64,000 nucleotides of DNA from Camelus dromedarius (lineage: Eukaryota), in the NCBI RefSeq assembly GCF_036321535.1, contig NC_087436.1:107386001-107450000 (forward strand), given 5' to 3'. The first letter of the stretch is position 1; every line of letters begins with the position of its first letter. The translations under genes were made by a program, and so were the position numbers. Under the pieces are notes generated by a model that was not told the origin of the DNA, did no database searches, and was given only the letters and a program-made list of their open reading frames with translations. This document shows positions 1-11,630 of the stretch, one piece after another.

Positions 1-55
1 GTGGTGGAGTCAGGGTTCAAACCTAGTCTGTCTGATTTCAACGCTCATGCTGTCT
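1..55 (-). mobile_element. MIR SINE fragment
   Basis: gtggagtcagggttcaaacctagtctgtctgatttcaa resembles the reverse complement of the MIR 5' part. Confidence 0.55.
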
Positions 56-2104
56 CTCAAGAAATAAAACGAAGTGGTCAGAATTCTAAAAGACCATGCT
101 AGAAGCAAAGTACAGGGGAGACTGGATGAGAGTGAAGGGAGGGAAGGGGAGTTTAAGACGACAAGAGACGGCGAGTCCCCAAGCCAGGGAAGGGGAGTAG
201 TAACAGAGGAAAAAGGTGCGACCAAGAGGTTTAGCAGAGACAGAATGAGAAGTAATCGGTTAGCTAAAGGAGAGAGTAAGAGGAAGGGGCGAGCATGAGC
301 TCCGTATTTCTGTCTTGGGTACTGTGTGACGACCTGATAATTTTTAAAGACTCCCTTAAGCTTGTGCTTCAGTGAACTTACCTGGAAAGCAACTCCTACC
401 AGATGGGCAGGCCCAGGAAGGAACAGTACAAGTAACGCCTCTTTTTTTTTTTTTTCAGTACAACACTGGCACATACTCATCCAAGTAAATATATGTCCTA
501 CCTTAACTGATGAATTTGGCGGTGACAAATTAATTTATGTATGGAAGTGCAGGACAGTACATAGCACCCTGCTCCAAACAAATGATTGAGATGCAGCAAA
601 TTTTCTTTTGTCTTTCAAAGTTGAATATATTGACTCACGTTTAGCTTTCTATGTAACATCCATGTGTACAGAAATAGAAAAGGGAGAAAGGGCACCAGAA
701 AATGAAATAAGAGACAGACGTGTTACAGTTTATGAGGATATTTGCGTCTTACAGAAACCAAAACCTTTTCCAGAACGTTCCTATTAGGGTGAACAACAGT
801 GTGTGATACCATGAAAGTCTGTGAATGTATAGAAAAAGACAGAGGTGCATACTCAAAATCTGAAAATATCTCCCTGGTTGATTTTTTTTTTTTTGCTTGT
901 TTTTATCTTTTAAATGTTCTACAGTTATTCTGTAGTACTGTCGTAGTACAAATAAAGCTTTTTTTCCTAAAAATATGTGATAGGCATCTATTCTGCATCT
1001 AGAACTTTGCTGATAGAAAAGAATACACAGGCAGGCAGACTGTTATCAATAAATAACCCACATGTGCCAACTGCCATGGCAACAGGTAACCTTTCAGCAC
1101 TGCCCATGAATCTGACTGAGGTACTGTGAAAGTTGGTACATGGAGAATCTGTGTGTCCAGAATAAAGGGAGGTAAGAAATGACGAAAAGTGTAAACAGCT
1201 TAGGGTAGCCGACCCCAGAGGCAGGCATCTCGACATACAGCCTTTCCTGGTCATAGCATCCTTCTTCCACTTTGACTGTCCTCACACGGTCTGAATATTT
1301 CACTCTCTTGTTTCATAGTCTGAAATTCTCGGCTCCATGTTATCTCATCCTCTTTCTAATAGGACGAGAAAATTTCCAGAAGCTGGATGTGTTAGTGATA
1401 ATGAGGAGGATGAAAAGGGCAAGAAGAAGAGGAGGGAATTCATTTGTTAATTTTGAATAATACCACATGGTTTATAAAGCACTTTTGTTATATAAATATA
1501 TGTTAATAAGGACTTCCAGTTCAGGATGGGGAATGGAGAGTACATAGTTATTTCCTCTCCCTCACAACCCCATTGAAATGACAGTACATTTTTTAAAGAA
1601 AGGATTCACAACAGAGCTGAAAACAAAACCAAACCAAAAAAAAAAAAAAAAAAAGCCCCCAAAGAATACCACAATGACTAAAGTATTTCTGGCAAATAGA
1701 AAGAAAATAGGACTGAATTGTCTGAGAAATTAAAGCAAAGAATTGCAGCATAAATTCACGCTCTGAAGACGGCTAGTAGGATTAAGAGGGGTTACCCTGG
1801 AGAATCTGCGGGTCACCACTGCAGAGAGTGGAGCAGCCTCAGAGCAATCATCAGTAATTAATTAAAGGATTATCTGGTGTACTGCTGGCCTAGTTGGTTC
1901 CCGTCCGCCAGAAGCAGAGCTGTTGGTGCTGCCTTCACTCCATGTGGAAGTCCCAAGAAATGCTTAACAAAAGTGAGAGAGCTGACAGGAAAGGATTCCT
2001 CTCAAGGGTACAGAGACAATCAAGAAAAGTCGAACAAGCTCTAGAACAAAACACAGACTTAAAGGGGAGTGGGGATGGGAAACAAAAGTCAAAAACAAAC
2101 GGTC

Positions 2105-2540
2105 AGAGAAAGTCAAATACCGTATGGTCTCATTTACATGTGGTATCTAAGAGAATAGAAAAAGCCAGACTTACAGAAAAAGAATTTGTGCCTTCCAGAG
2201 ATGGGAGGTGGGGGAAGGGGAATTGGATGAAGGTGGTCAGAAGGTACAACTTCCAGTTATTAGAGAAATAAATGCTGAGGATGTCACATACAACATGATG
2301 ACTACAGTGAACAATGTTGTGTGCTATATTTGAAAGTTGCTAAGAGAGTAGATTCTAAAAATTTGCATCACAAGTAAAAAGCTTTTATTTTTTATCTTTT
2401 TTTTTAATATCTAAAGGAGATAATGGATGTTAATTAATCTTACTGTGGTAATCATTTGACAGTTCAAGTCATTACACTGCACATTAAATTCATACAGTGC
2501 TGTATATCAATTATATTTCAAACTGAAGAAAAAGAAAGAC
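2105..2540 (+). mobile_element. L1 3' end (L1MA8/9-like)
   Basis: agaaagtcaaataccgtatggtctcatttacatgtgg...aaagttgctaagagagtagattctaaa...tcaattatatttcaa followed by an A-rich tail, typical of an L1MA 3' UTR. Confidence 0.8.
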
Positions 2541-2799
2541 ATAATAAAAACATTTTTTAAAAGCAAGCAAAAACACTTTTTAAAAAGTCCTCATTATCTG
2601 GCAATTGTTGAGGTTCCCCAAATCCTGGCTCCCTTCTCTCACACACATGGTCCTCTAGGAGAAGACGGACAGTCAACATGTCCCACCTGCTTACACAGAA
2701 TCCTGCTGCTTACAGAGTCAGCGATGTTTCAGTTCATAGAACTACTTAACTTTCAAAGGAAGCCTAGCTCAGTTACTAATATCAACATATTCTTTCATT

Positions 2800-3250
2800 C
2801 AGAAACATAAATGTATATTCAAGGATCACCATCCTTTTGACAAAAACAAATAGCATGAAAGGTAAGAACCCAAATAAACAAATAACCCAAAGATTTCAAA
2901 GTGATACAAGAAAGGAAAAAAACTTAATTTTTTTTAAAAAACAAAACATGACTTCCTGGAAATTAAGCAATTAAAGAATTAAGAATGCATTCTTAAAACT
3001 TAAAAATAGGGGGAAGCTATAGCTCAGAGGTAGAGTGTATGCTTAGCATGCACGAGATCCTGGGTTCAATCCCCAGTACCTTCATTTTCAAAAGTCCAAA
3101 CTAAAACTTTAAAATATGATTGCCATAATTAAATATTCAATAGTGGGGATGAAAAACAGAATGAACAAAACTAATGTCCAAATGAGTACTCTGGAAGAGA
3201 AAGTGGAGGAAATCAACACAGATTCAAATAAGCACAAAATGTAAAAAAAA
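2800..3250 (+). mobile_element. old L1/HAL1 ORF1-region fragment, interrupted by a SINE
   Basis: A-rich; aaatattcaatagtggggatgaaaaacagaatg...ctggaagagaaagtggaggaaatc resembles L1 ORF1 coiled-coil coding sequence. Confidence 0.5.
3009..3101 (+). mobile_element. camelid tRNA-derived SINE (Vic-1 type), short form
   Basis: gggggaagctatagctcagaggtagagtgtatgcttagcatgcacgagatcctgggttcaatccccagtacc with Pol III A/B boxes; imperfect TSD taaaacttaaaaata / taaaactttaaaata. Confidence 0.9.
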
Positions 3251-3444
3251 AAAAAATCCTCCAATACTTATCCAACGAAATTTCAAAAAAAGAGATGAGC
3301 ATTAGGAATTTTGCAGGTGAGAAATCTAAACCTTGAAGAAGTTAAGTGATTGACTCTCCAGCAGTTCACAGGTAGAATGTGATATATTCCAGATGTATCC
3401 CACTCGTAAGCCCAAAGCTGAAATTCAGTCAGTACGTGGAAGGG

Positions 3445-3706
3445 TGGCCCTAAGGCCTGACTATAGCTGGCGCCCATTCTGACTAGTTAATGTGGGTGCC
3501 ATGCTAGTCAAATCAGTTAGTGAGAGCCCCTCTACTCCTAATGGTCAGTGAAGATGCTGATGCTAGTCTGTCCCATGCCAGGTGCTTATAACTGGCATCC
3601 ACTCTCAATAGTCAATGCAGGTGCCAGTCTAGCCTAACCCATTGTGTACTGCCAGCATCTGACTGGTCAGTGTATCAGCCAATGAATATCTGAATATCAT
3701 CCCTGC
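3445..3706 (-). mobile_element. probable hAT-type DNA transposon remnant (MER99-like) with internal sub-repeats
   Basis: Minus strand starts cagggatgatattcagatatt (TIR-like), followed by degenerate repeats of cactgacca...atgccag. Confidence 0.4.
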
Positions 3707-5889
3707 CAAAGCCCGCACTTGTTCGATGATGCCTACATAATTTCACAGGACAATCAAAATAGGGGACAACTATAGAGTTTTTGTGGAGCTCATATTTTTA
3801 ACTGGGGAAAAGAAATGAGGGTAGTTTCTGTCATCTCAGCTTTTAAGCTATGAGAAATTTCATGGATACATGCCCACCTCTCTTCTTCCTTTTTCCTTAC
3901 ACATCAAGAACTAAATGACTATGCTTTTAAGTCTGTTCCCACTCCTTTCTTAGGTGGTCCTCACAAAGGGCAGACCTATCTGATGAGTCTCATTCTAGAA
4001 AATTACCAAGGGTAGCCAAGAGATCAAGTCTCAAACTGGGATGTTTACTCCAAGGGGTTTAGTAGAAACAAGGTACACAGCTAAAATCAATTGAATGGAG
4101 AAAGCAAACAGGAAGTAGTCTAGAGAAATACGGGGTCTGTGCTGACACCTACAGCAGGTGGATAAAATGTGCCTCTAGCTCAGGTTTGTATGGACCAGTT
4201 GAGTTTTTAAAAGGTAACAGGGAAGAAACAGCCTGAATAAAATCACTACAAACTGGGCCTAAAACCAATGAATTCAGCTGCCTTGTTTGTGTTCCCATTT
4301 GTGTACTACAAAAATAACCCCAAGTTCCTCAACTATAGGATTTCATCTTTGCCACACCAAGGCAAACAGATGGTCAAAGTTTGAGGCCAGCCCAATATCT
4401 ACCAACATAAAAACGAAGTCAACGTTAAATCAAAGCATAAACATTACATTGATATACAGTGCAGTGTCAAGGGTTGATAATGGCAGTCATAAAACTGAGA
4501 CTTTTGCTTCCTTAAGAACCACAAACTCAGATCCCAACAGGAGGTGTTAGCAGGTAGTTTAGACTTTGCTTAGGATTTGTGAGATTTTGCAGAGCATGTC
4601 TACCCCTTAAGAGCCTTCCCTGAAATCACTGGGAGTTATAAGCTCCTAAGAGCTGTAGAATCAGGTCCTAAATGTTATTTTTATAGTCCCTCTGTGGCCT
4701 ACCAAGGATGTAAACAAAATACCACTGAGCTTCCTGCTGTTTTGTGCCTCATCTTCCCTCCAGCCAAAAGCACTGGCACAGTCGGCTCCACAAAGGGTTA
4801 AAAATCATGGGACTGTTTCTGTACTTGAAAATACTGCAGGAGACTGACTCCCTTCTGTACGAATGATGATTATCTGCATTTTCTTCCCTGTCTCTTCGAC
4901 TAACAAATTCATTTTTACAGGGTTTACAATGTTCTTTACAACTCACCTGAAGCACATAATTTTCCCCCTGCTTATTTATTTATTTATTGTTTATTATTTA
5001 TTTATTAGATTTATATTGTGCTTTCCTTCAAAAGGCTCAAGGCACCACACAGTCAACTCTGATATTAAAAAGATTACATTAAACTTGTCTTAAAAACCAT
5101 AGCGAGAGGAGTGGCCAGCATGGAGGTGGAAGGGACTTGGACAAAGACAGGAAGAAGGAAAAGCTACGGATCTGGTGAAATATGCAAGTGAATAATCAGT
5201 ATGTTCGGAGGCCCAGTGCCCCTGTCCTGCCCTTTCTGGCCAGTACCTTTGACGGAGTCAAAATACCTCCATTTCTGTGTGGGGGTGGGGCGTGGGCCTG
5301 GGAGGGATGGGGAAAGGGTGGAGTCTGCTATTTCTCTGGGCTCCTCCAGAGAGGGTGTCTGAAAACAAAGATACCTACACAGACAATGTGTTTTGAAAAT
5401 CACTGGAAAAAGATACATAGTGATGTTTTATAATATATCACAGAGATAGATGGGTTTTTTTTAGAAATGCAATTCATGCTCAATCCTCAGTCCTGCTGAG
5501 TGTCAATGACTTCCAACAGCTCTGTAGACTTTCAAGGCCAGGGTAGCCCAAAAGTTCAGAGATTCTCAAAATCACAAAGCGACAGGGTGACCTCAGCTTT
5601 TAAGTCCCAGGCCATGTTGATTTAACAAAACCACGTGTTGACCTCCCGCACTTGTGATCCTTGCAGTGGTGGAAGGGGTAGTTGAACAGTAACTCTCCCA
5701 GCAGCTGCCGGTAGAACTGGCCAAGAATGAGCAAGAAGGGAGTAAATTCTAATTTGCAGTCCAAAGAAGAAGTGACCACTCCCAGTAAAAGGAGCACACG
5801 ATCCTATCAGTACAGAGCGGGAGAGAATCCAGCCAGGAGAAAGAACAGCATCATCGCCCTCATCGTTACTATTACTATTACTATAATTA

Positions 5890-6110
5890 ACAGCGTTGTT
5901 GTTGTTGTAATTGCTATTGAGTGGGTACTACGTGCCAAGCATGCTTGTGTGACAGTTGTATATGCTGACCTCTTTAATCCCCAGAACAAACCTACAGAGC
6001 ACAATGACCATTTCATTAATTTTACAGATAAGGAAACTGAGGCTTAAAGAAGTTACTTGCCCAAAGTCACTCAGCTAGGAAGTGCCTGAGCTAGGATTCA
6101 AACCCAGCAC
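5890..6110 (-). mobile_element. MIR SINE
   Basis: Core ttttacagataaggaaactgaggcttaaagaagttacttgcccaaagtcactcagctagg...ggattcaaaccca. Confidence 0.85.
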
Positions 6111-6519
6111 AAAAGGATAGGTAAGAGCTCTTAGGTAGAAACCAAGCAAACATACAAAAAGCATCTGTGAGTTGACAAAAAGAAAAGGCACATTGAATTA
6201 ATTTCCCCTCTGAAAGCTGTTGATAAAGAGTTAACAGCACAATAGCATATTAGGGACCACAAATGAAGATCTTAAAATGAGGCAGCAGCAAGCCCAGTGG
6301 AGACAGAAGAGACACAGCAACACTGAGACCCTGTGAAGAGAGGAGCTCAGAAGGGAAGTAATGTTGTCCCCAGGGTTTGAGCGAGCAGGATCTGCAAGGT
6401 GGTAACTGAAACCCACCGTGTTGTCTTGTATAACTGATTGCGCATTTGAGACAAGTTAACAGTGGGGTTCTATAGTGAGTCATTCTCAGTAATCTTTTTG
6501 TGACTTCCCCTACCTAAAT

Positions 6520-6760
6520 ATAAATACCATACATTGAGCAATTACTAAGCACCAAGCATCAAACATATATCATTTTATATAAACCTCACAGCAACATTAT
6601 AAGGTAGATACCATAATTATCCCATCTTACAGATAAGCAGGCATAGAGAAATTTGAGAAACCTTCCTAGAGTCATACAGAGTTGGGAAAAGGTAGAGATG
6701 GACCCCAGATCCAGGAAGTCTGGCTCCAGAGCTCAATGTCCTAGTCTCCATGCTATGCTC
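6520..6760 (-). mobile_element. MIR SINE
   Basis: attatcccatcttacagataagcaggcatagaga...gtctggctccagagctc. Confidence 0.75.
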
Positions 6761-7239
6761 CTTCTAGAATCTGATTCTGTGCACTCCATCCCAGGGCTCT
6801 ACTACCCCTTCTCACTTCTGCCTACCCTCTCTTCTGAGAAGGAAACTAGCCAACATTGTGTCTCTTGTATTCACTCCTAGAGGGCCAGCCTCATCAAGTC
6901 ACCCACCATGACCAACTGGAAATTATCTGGGAAAAGATGAAAGAAGATGCCAAAGAGAGACAAAGTGACATGGAACCCCTGCTAACCTGGACATTCCCAG
7001 ACATGCTTTTGAAAGTGCCTTATATCCCAGAGCATATATGCGTCATAATGTACACAGTCCCCACTGAAGATGTCTTCTACATGGCAGCTGCTGCAATTAT
7101 TATAGCAGAGCTCCTTGATTCTCATTTCTGGAGGTCTGGGAAATGGCACCTGAGGCTGGGGATCATAAGTAACATGGATTATGCCAGGATCAACCGGCAC
7201 TCTGTCTAGAAAAATCTTCCCCATCTTCAAATGGCTGAC

Positions 7240-7400
7240 TCCTCATCCTTAAAGTTTTAGATTAAATGACAATAAGTCACAGAGGCCGTCCTTGATCACC
7301 CAACCTCTTTCACAAAACCCTTTCCCAAAACAACCTGTTATCACTGTAGCACTTACCATAAGCGGTAATTACTTCATTTATTAACTTACTTGGTTTAGTG
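7240..7400 (+). mobile_element. L2 fragment
   Basis: ggctgactcctcatcc...agaggccgtccttgatcaccca...tagcacttacca, typical L2 3' region. Confidence 0.5.
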
Positions 7401-7402
7401 GA

Positions 7403-7785
7403 TGTACTTGTTTGCTAGGGCCACCATAACAAATACCGCAAATGGGGTGGTTTCAACAACAAAACCATATTCTCTCTCAGTTCTAGAGGCTAGAAGTCAA
7501 AAATCGAGGTATCAGCAGGGCCATGTTCCCTCTGAGATGCCAGACAGAACCCTTCCTTGTCTCTCCTAGCTTCCAGTGGTGGCCATCGGGCCTTGGTGGC
7601 CTTTGGTTCACTGCTGTGCCCCTCGAATACCTGCCTCTGTTGTCACATGGCATTCTCCATATGTACTTCTGTCTGTGCCCAAAGTTCCCTCTTTTTATAA
7701 GGGCACCGGTCATATTGGATTGAGGCCCCACTCTACTCCAGTGTGACCTGATCTTCACTTAGCTAATGACGTCTTCAAACGGCTA
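7403..7785 (-). mobile_element. MaLR LTR (MLT1B/C-like)
   Basis: tgtacttgtttgctagggccaccataacaaatac...cagttctagaggctagaagtc...ttataagggcaccggtcatattggattgaggcccca. Confidence 0.85.
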
Positions 7786-7878
7786 GTTCTGGCCCTCAGA
7801 ACTGTGAGAAAATAAATCTCTGTCTTTAAACCTCCCAGTTTATGGTCATTTGCTACAGCAGCCCAAGGAAAATGCTAC
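7786..7878 (+). mobile_element. MaLR LTR 3' end (MLT1), opposite orientation
   Basis: cagaactgtgagaaaataaatctctgtctttaaacctcccagtttatggtcatttgctacagcagcccaaggaaa. Confidence 0.8.
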
Positions 7879-8007
7879 AAGACACTCTCTTCACTTTGTT
7901 TAACTCCGGGTTAAACGCATTTATTTGACCAAATAAGTATTTTCCACATTTATTTTGACCAAATAAATATTCTCCCATGATAGCTATTAACAATCTGGGG
8001 TAGAAAA

Positions 8008-8008
<1 letters not shown>

Positions 8009-8050
<42 letters not shown>
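8009..8050 (+). repeat. (GATA)/(GACA)n microsatellite
   Basis: Directly visible tetranucleotide repeat. Confidence 0.95.
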
Positions 8051-9122
8051 TGTGAAATGCTAATCTAATCTTCCCATTTTACATGGGAAGACACGAAGGC
8101 TCGGGGAGGATGGCAGAGCCACACACTCATTCATGGTGGGATGGAGAACTCAGAGGCCCAGCTCCCTTCTAAGTGCTTTTTCAGGGGCTCCCCTTTACTT
8201 CCCAGCTGCCCAGGAAATGGGGGTGCATTGTGGTCACCAGAAAAAGAACAGGGCTCAACTGAGGAGCCACCTTCAAGATGTCCCTTGGGCCCTCTGAAGG
8301 TATTTATGCAATCTTTTCTAGCCAATGGGAGAAACTGTTATCTTTTTTAGGGGGGTCACGGCAAATGTGTTCAAGAAACCAGTGATGAAAACAGCTGGTC
8401 CAGGGTACACCAATGTCTCAGATAAGCTGGAATTAACCAAAAATACAGCTGTAGCTGGGTCTTCAGCCCTCACCACCCCGACCTTTGTGCCTAAGGAGAG
8501 GGACATGGGAGCTCAAGCCTCTCCTTTGAAAAAAGCAACAGCTTCATTTATGCAGTTACAGGCACTCCGATCCTTGGGCTTCTCTTCTTTTTGCCTCCTG
8601 GGCCCCACCCTCTTCCCCAGGCGTACAAAGCCCCCAGAAGTAACCCATCCTAGCCTTACCTTCCACTTGATAAGCTGAGGTGGCTGCCCCCCAACCAAAT
8701 CCCGCAGGGAAAGCCATGCTTTCAGAAGACAGCCGACTGGAACACAGACAACGGAGCTGTACAATTTATCAGAGTTGCCCAGCAGTTGCTCAAACAGGAA
8801 GTGAACTTTCATACCACCTGAAGTCTCGGAAAGCAAACGAGTATACAAACAAGGGAGCCTGGTTAAAGGATCCTGCCAGACTGGCTACAGCCTTGATACG
8901 AAGACACTTTGTGCAGGGTGAGAATTTGCACTTTCTCCCCCGGGCACTCTCTGATTCTTAACAGAGCTGGATCAGCCCGGGTGCTGACCAAGTCCTGCTT
9001 TGGCAGGACACCCATTTATCTAATCTTTTCCCTTTTAACGAAATGCATGGACATTGTTTTTAAAAGTTACATAATCCTGCTAGAACTTTCACTTGGCTGA
9101 TTCCTCCCAATTCCTCATCCAA

Positions 9123-9266
9123 GGTGGAGGGTATAGTTCAAGTGGTAAAGCGCATGCTTAGCGTGCATGAGGTCCTGGGTTCAATCCCCAGTACCTCCTC
9201 TAGTAAATAAATAAATAAATAAGTAAACCTAATTACCTCCCCTCAACACACATACGAAAAAAAAAA
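9123..9266 (+). mobile_element. camelid tRNA-derived SINE (Vic-1 type), long-tail form
   Basis: tRNA-like head, (AAAT)n, aaacctaattacctcccc, A tail; exact 15-bp TSD cccaattcctcatcc at 9106-9120 and 9267-9281. Confidence 0.92.
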
Positions 9267-9849
9267 CCCAATTCCTCATCCTCACTCCCTAAAGGTAACC
9301 ATCTTCAACTGTTTCTTCTAGTATTTATTCCTATGTTGGCTAAATAATAGGCTGAGACTGGTGCTTCTTGATTTGTTTTTCAGTTTGAAACAGTAACTAC
9401 TGACTTCTGGATATAGGCCTGGAAAACCCTAGCACATGCGCCCAAGATCTCTTCCCCTCCTCCATCCACCCAACATGGTAAGACTATCTTTTCTGTTTGA
9501 GTAAATATCCAGTATTTACATCACTGTGACTGTGTACGGTTCAGAGCTGAGTCATGCGGAATACCATGCTTACATGCAACTTTTTATTTTCTCTGGGATT
9601 CATTGACTGTCCGTTTTTATTTGTAACTTCCTCTATCCTTATCACCAAATCATCCCCAAGCCGTCTGATAGAGCCACGAATCTCCGAGTTGTTTAGACAC
9701 CTCTGTTTTGCTGCTCCGTCCCGCACTGTCGGTTTCTTAGGTAGCCGCAGAGCAATGGGGTCTGCAGCCTCCTTCACCGGTCTCCTGGGCTCTCCCCCAG
9801 CTGTTCTCTCTCTCCTTTTAAAGAAGCAAATCCTTGAAGAACTTTCTGA

Positions 9850-10085
9850 TGAAAGGGGAATGGGAGGTACATTTTCTTTTTTTTGAAACTCCGTAGTTCT
9901 GCAATTGTCTCTATTCTAAGCTCACATTTGACAGGTAGTTTGGCTGCTATGGGATTTCACGATGGAAATAATGTTCACCTAGAATTTTGAAAGCATTGGT
10001 TTATGGCTTTCCAGCTTCCAGCATGACCACGAGATGCTGGACAACATTCCAAGGCCTGACCTTTCATATGTAACCTGTTTTGTGC
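9850..10085 (-). mobile_element. old L1/HAL1 ORF1 C-terminal fragment
   Basis: gtagtttggctgctatgggatttcacgatggaaataatgttcacctagaattttgaaagcattgg resembles antisense L1 ORF1. Confidence 0.55.
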
Positions 10086-10189
10086 CCCAGCTCACCCTCC
10101 CTGCTGCCCAAGCTCCCACACCTGAAGTTTCACAGTCATGTGCCTTGATGGGAAACTTCTCACCCACTCTGCCAGCCACGCAGTGTGTG

Positions 10190-10310
10190 TGGACTGTGGT
10201 CATGCAGAAAGTTGACAATGGGGGAAGCTGGGAGAGGGGTAACAGGAAAGCTCTAGTTGTCTTCGCAACTTTTCTGCACATCTAAAATTGATCCAGAATT
10301 AAAAGTTTAT
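10190..10310 (+). mobile_element. L1MC-type 3' end
   Basis: gttgacaatgggggaagctggg...gcaacttttctgcacatctaaaatt...aaaagttta. Confidence 0.65.
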
Positions 10311-10909
10311 TTTTGAAATGCCTGTGGAGAGTGGAGTTAGGAAAAATCAAAGTGAGGAAAGTTACTTATTCAGTTCCCCCAAGACAGCGCTAAATCACCC
10401 TACACTGTGTAATGACAGGAACACAAGCTTGGAACGAGGTGTAGCTAGGTCGAAATTCTACCCTCTCCATTTATCCTAATCCTAAGAAAAAAGAAGAGTT
10501 AAATCACAAAAGGAAATGAGGGAAGACATTTAAGGGTATACGTTTGGTGAAATAAACATCAAAAATACAGGGCATGCTGTTAAATTGAGCCTCTATAATC
10601 ACTCAGTTTTGAAGCAATCATCATAAATTGAATGAAAAAAATAAATATTAAAATATTTTCATGATGGAACACTAGATGGCAGTATTGCAATTTTTTTTAG
10701 GTTTACAAGTTGATGTATGAAGAGTCGTTAAAATTTAGTTATCCCACCAATGGCCTTCTACCCCATTACCCCTAGCTAATTGCTACTGCCCTTCTAATGA
10801 TTTTTCTCCAAAAAGAAGAACCTGCCTTCTCAGCGCTCCACACTTTCTGAAATTATTTGACCACAAATGGCAGCATTTAATTTTTCTCACTCTAACGGGA
10901 TTCTCCTGT

Positions 10910-11345
10910 ATAGCATCCCCAACCAAGCATTTGGTGCCAGGGCCTCTTTATGTTCTTAAAAAGAACTGAAGGCCCTAAAGAGCCTTTTTAATTATAGGTG
11001 ATATTTATCAATATTTACTCTCTTTGAAATTGAAGCTGAGATTTTAAAAATATTTCCTTATGACTTCATTTAAAATAGCAATAAAAAGCATGTGAGAATA
11101 AATGTTTTATGAAAAATAATCATATAATCTAAAGCAAAAAATACTTACAGTGTCTTGCATTTTTGCAAATCTCTTTTATGCCTGCCTTAAGAGAAAACAG
11201 CTGGATGTTTATATCTGCTTCTTATTTGATTCACTGCCTCTGGAAAACTCCACTGTACACTCAGAGAAGAACAAAGATGAGAGTGAAAAAGGCAAGTCAT
11301 GTCTTAGTACAAAAATGGGCCCCCAAAAGGGTCTCGAGGGTCCCA
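10910..11345. mobile_element. hAT DNA transposon fragment (Charlie1-like)
   Basis: gaaggccctaaagagccttttt...gatatttatcaatatttac...catttttgcaaatctcttttatgcctgccttaagagaaaacagctggat matches my recollection of the Charlie1a/b end. Confidence 0.75.
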
Positions 11346-11486
11346 GAGGAATCTTAGCTCTCCTGGCATTCTCTCCAGTACCTTCCATTGCTTCCTACAG
11401 TCTCTCCGTATTCTCACCTTGCAGAGAGCTCATTCTACTAACACTCCCCACACTAAAGCCCTTATGGCTACAAGACCTATAAATCT

Positions 11487-11630
11487 GGGGGAGGGCACAG
11501 CTCAGTGGTAGAATGCACACCTAGCATGCACGAGGTCCTGGTTCAGTCCCTCGTACCTCCATTAAATAAATAAATAAACCTAATTACTACCCCCCACAAA
11601 AAGCAAATAAAAATAAAAAATAATTTTTTG
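11487..11630 (+). mobile_element. camelid tRNA-derived SINE (Vic-1 type), long-tail form
   Basis: gggggagggcacagctcagtggtagaatgcacacctagcatgcacgaggtcctggttcagtccc; diverged TSD aagacctataaatctg / aagacttatgaatttg. Confidence 0.9.

Noticed and set aside
10..528. 172-aa minus-strand ORF
   Set aside because: Leu/Ser-rich reading of a purine-rich plus strand, non-ATG start, no recognisable domain.
3009..3085. tRNA-like sequences here and at 9123, 11487, 23938, 29230 and 44846 as tRNA genes
   Set aside because: They have A-rich tails, TSDs and stem mismatches, so they are SINEs.
4970..5050. ATTTA-rich tract as an AU-rich mRNA element
   Set aside because: No transcript evidence; more likely the simple-repeat tail of an ancient retroelement.
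6856..7209. 117-aa ORF with an acceptor-like ctcctag at 6880
   Set aside because: No recognisable homology and no supporting exon structure; the length is within chance for 64 kb.
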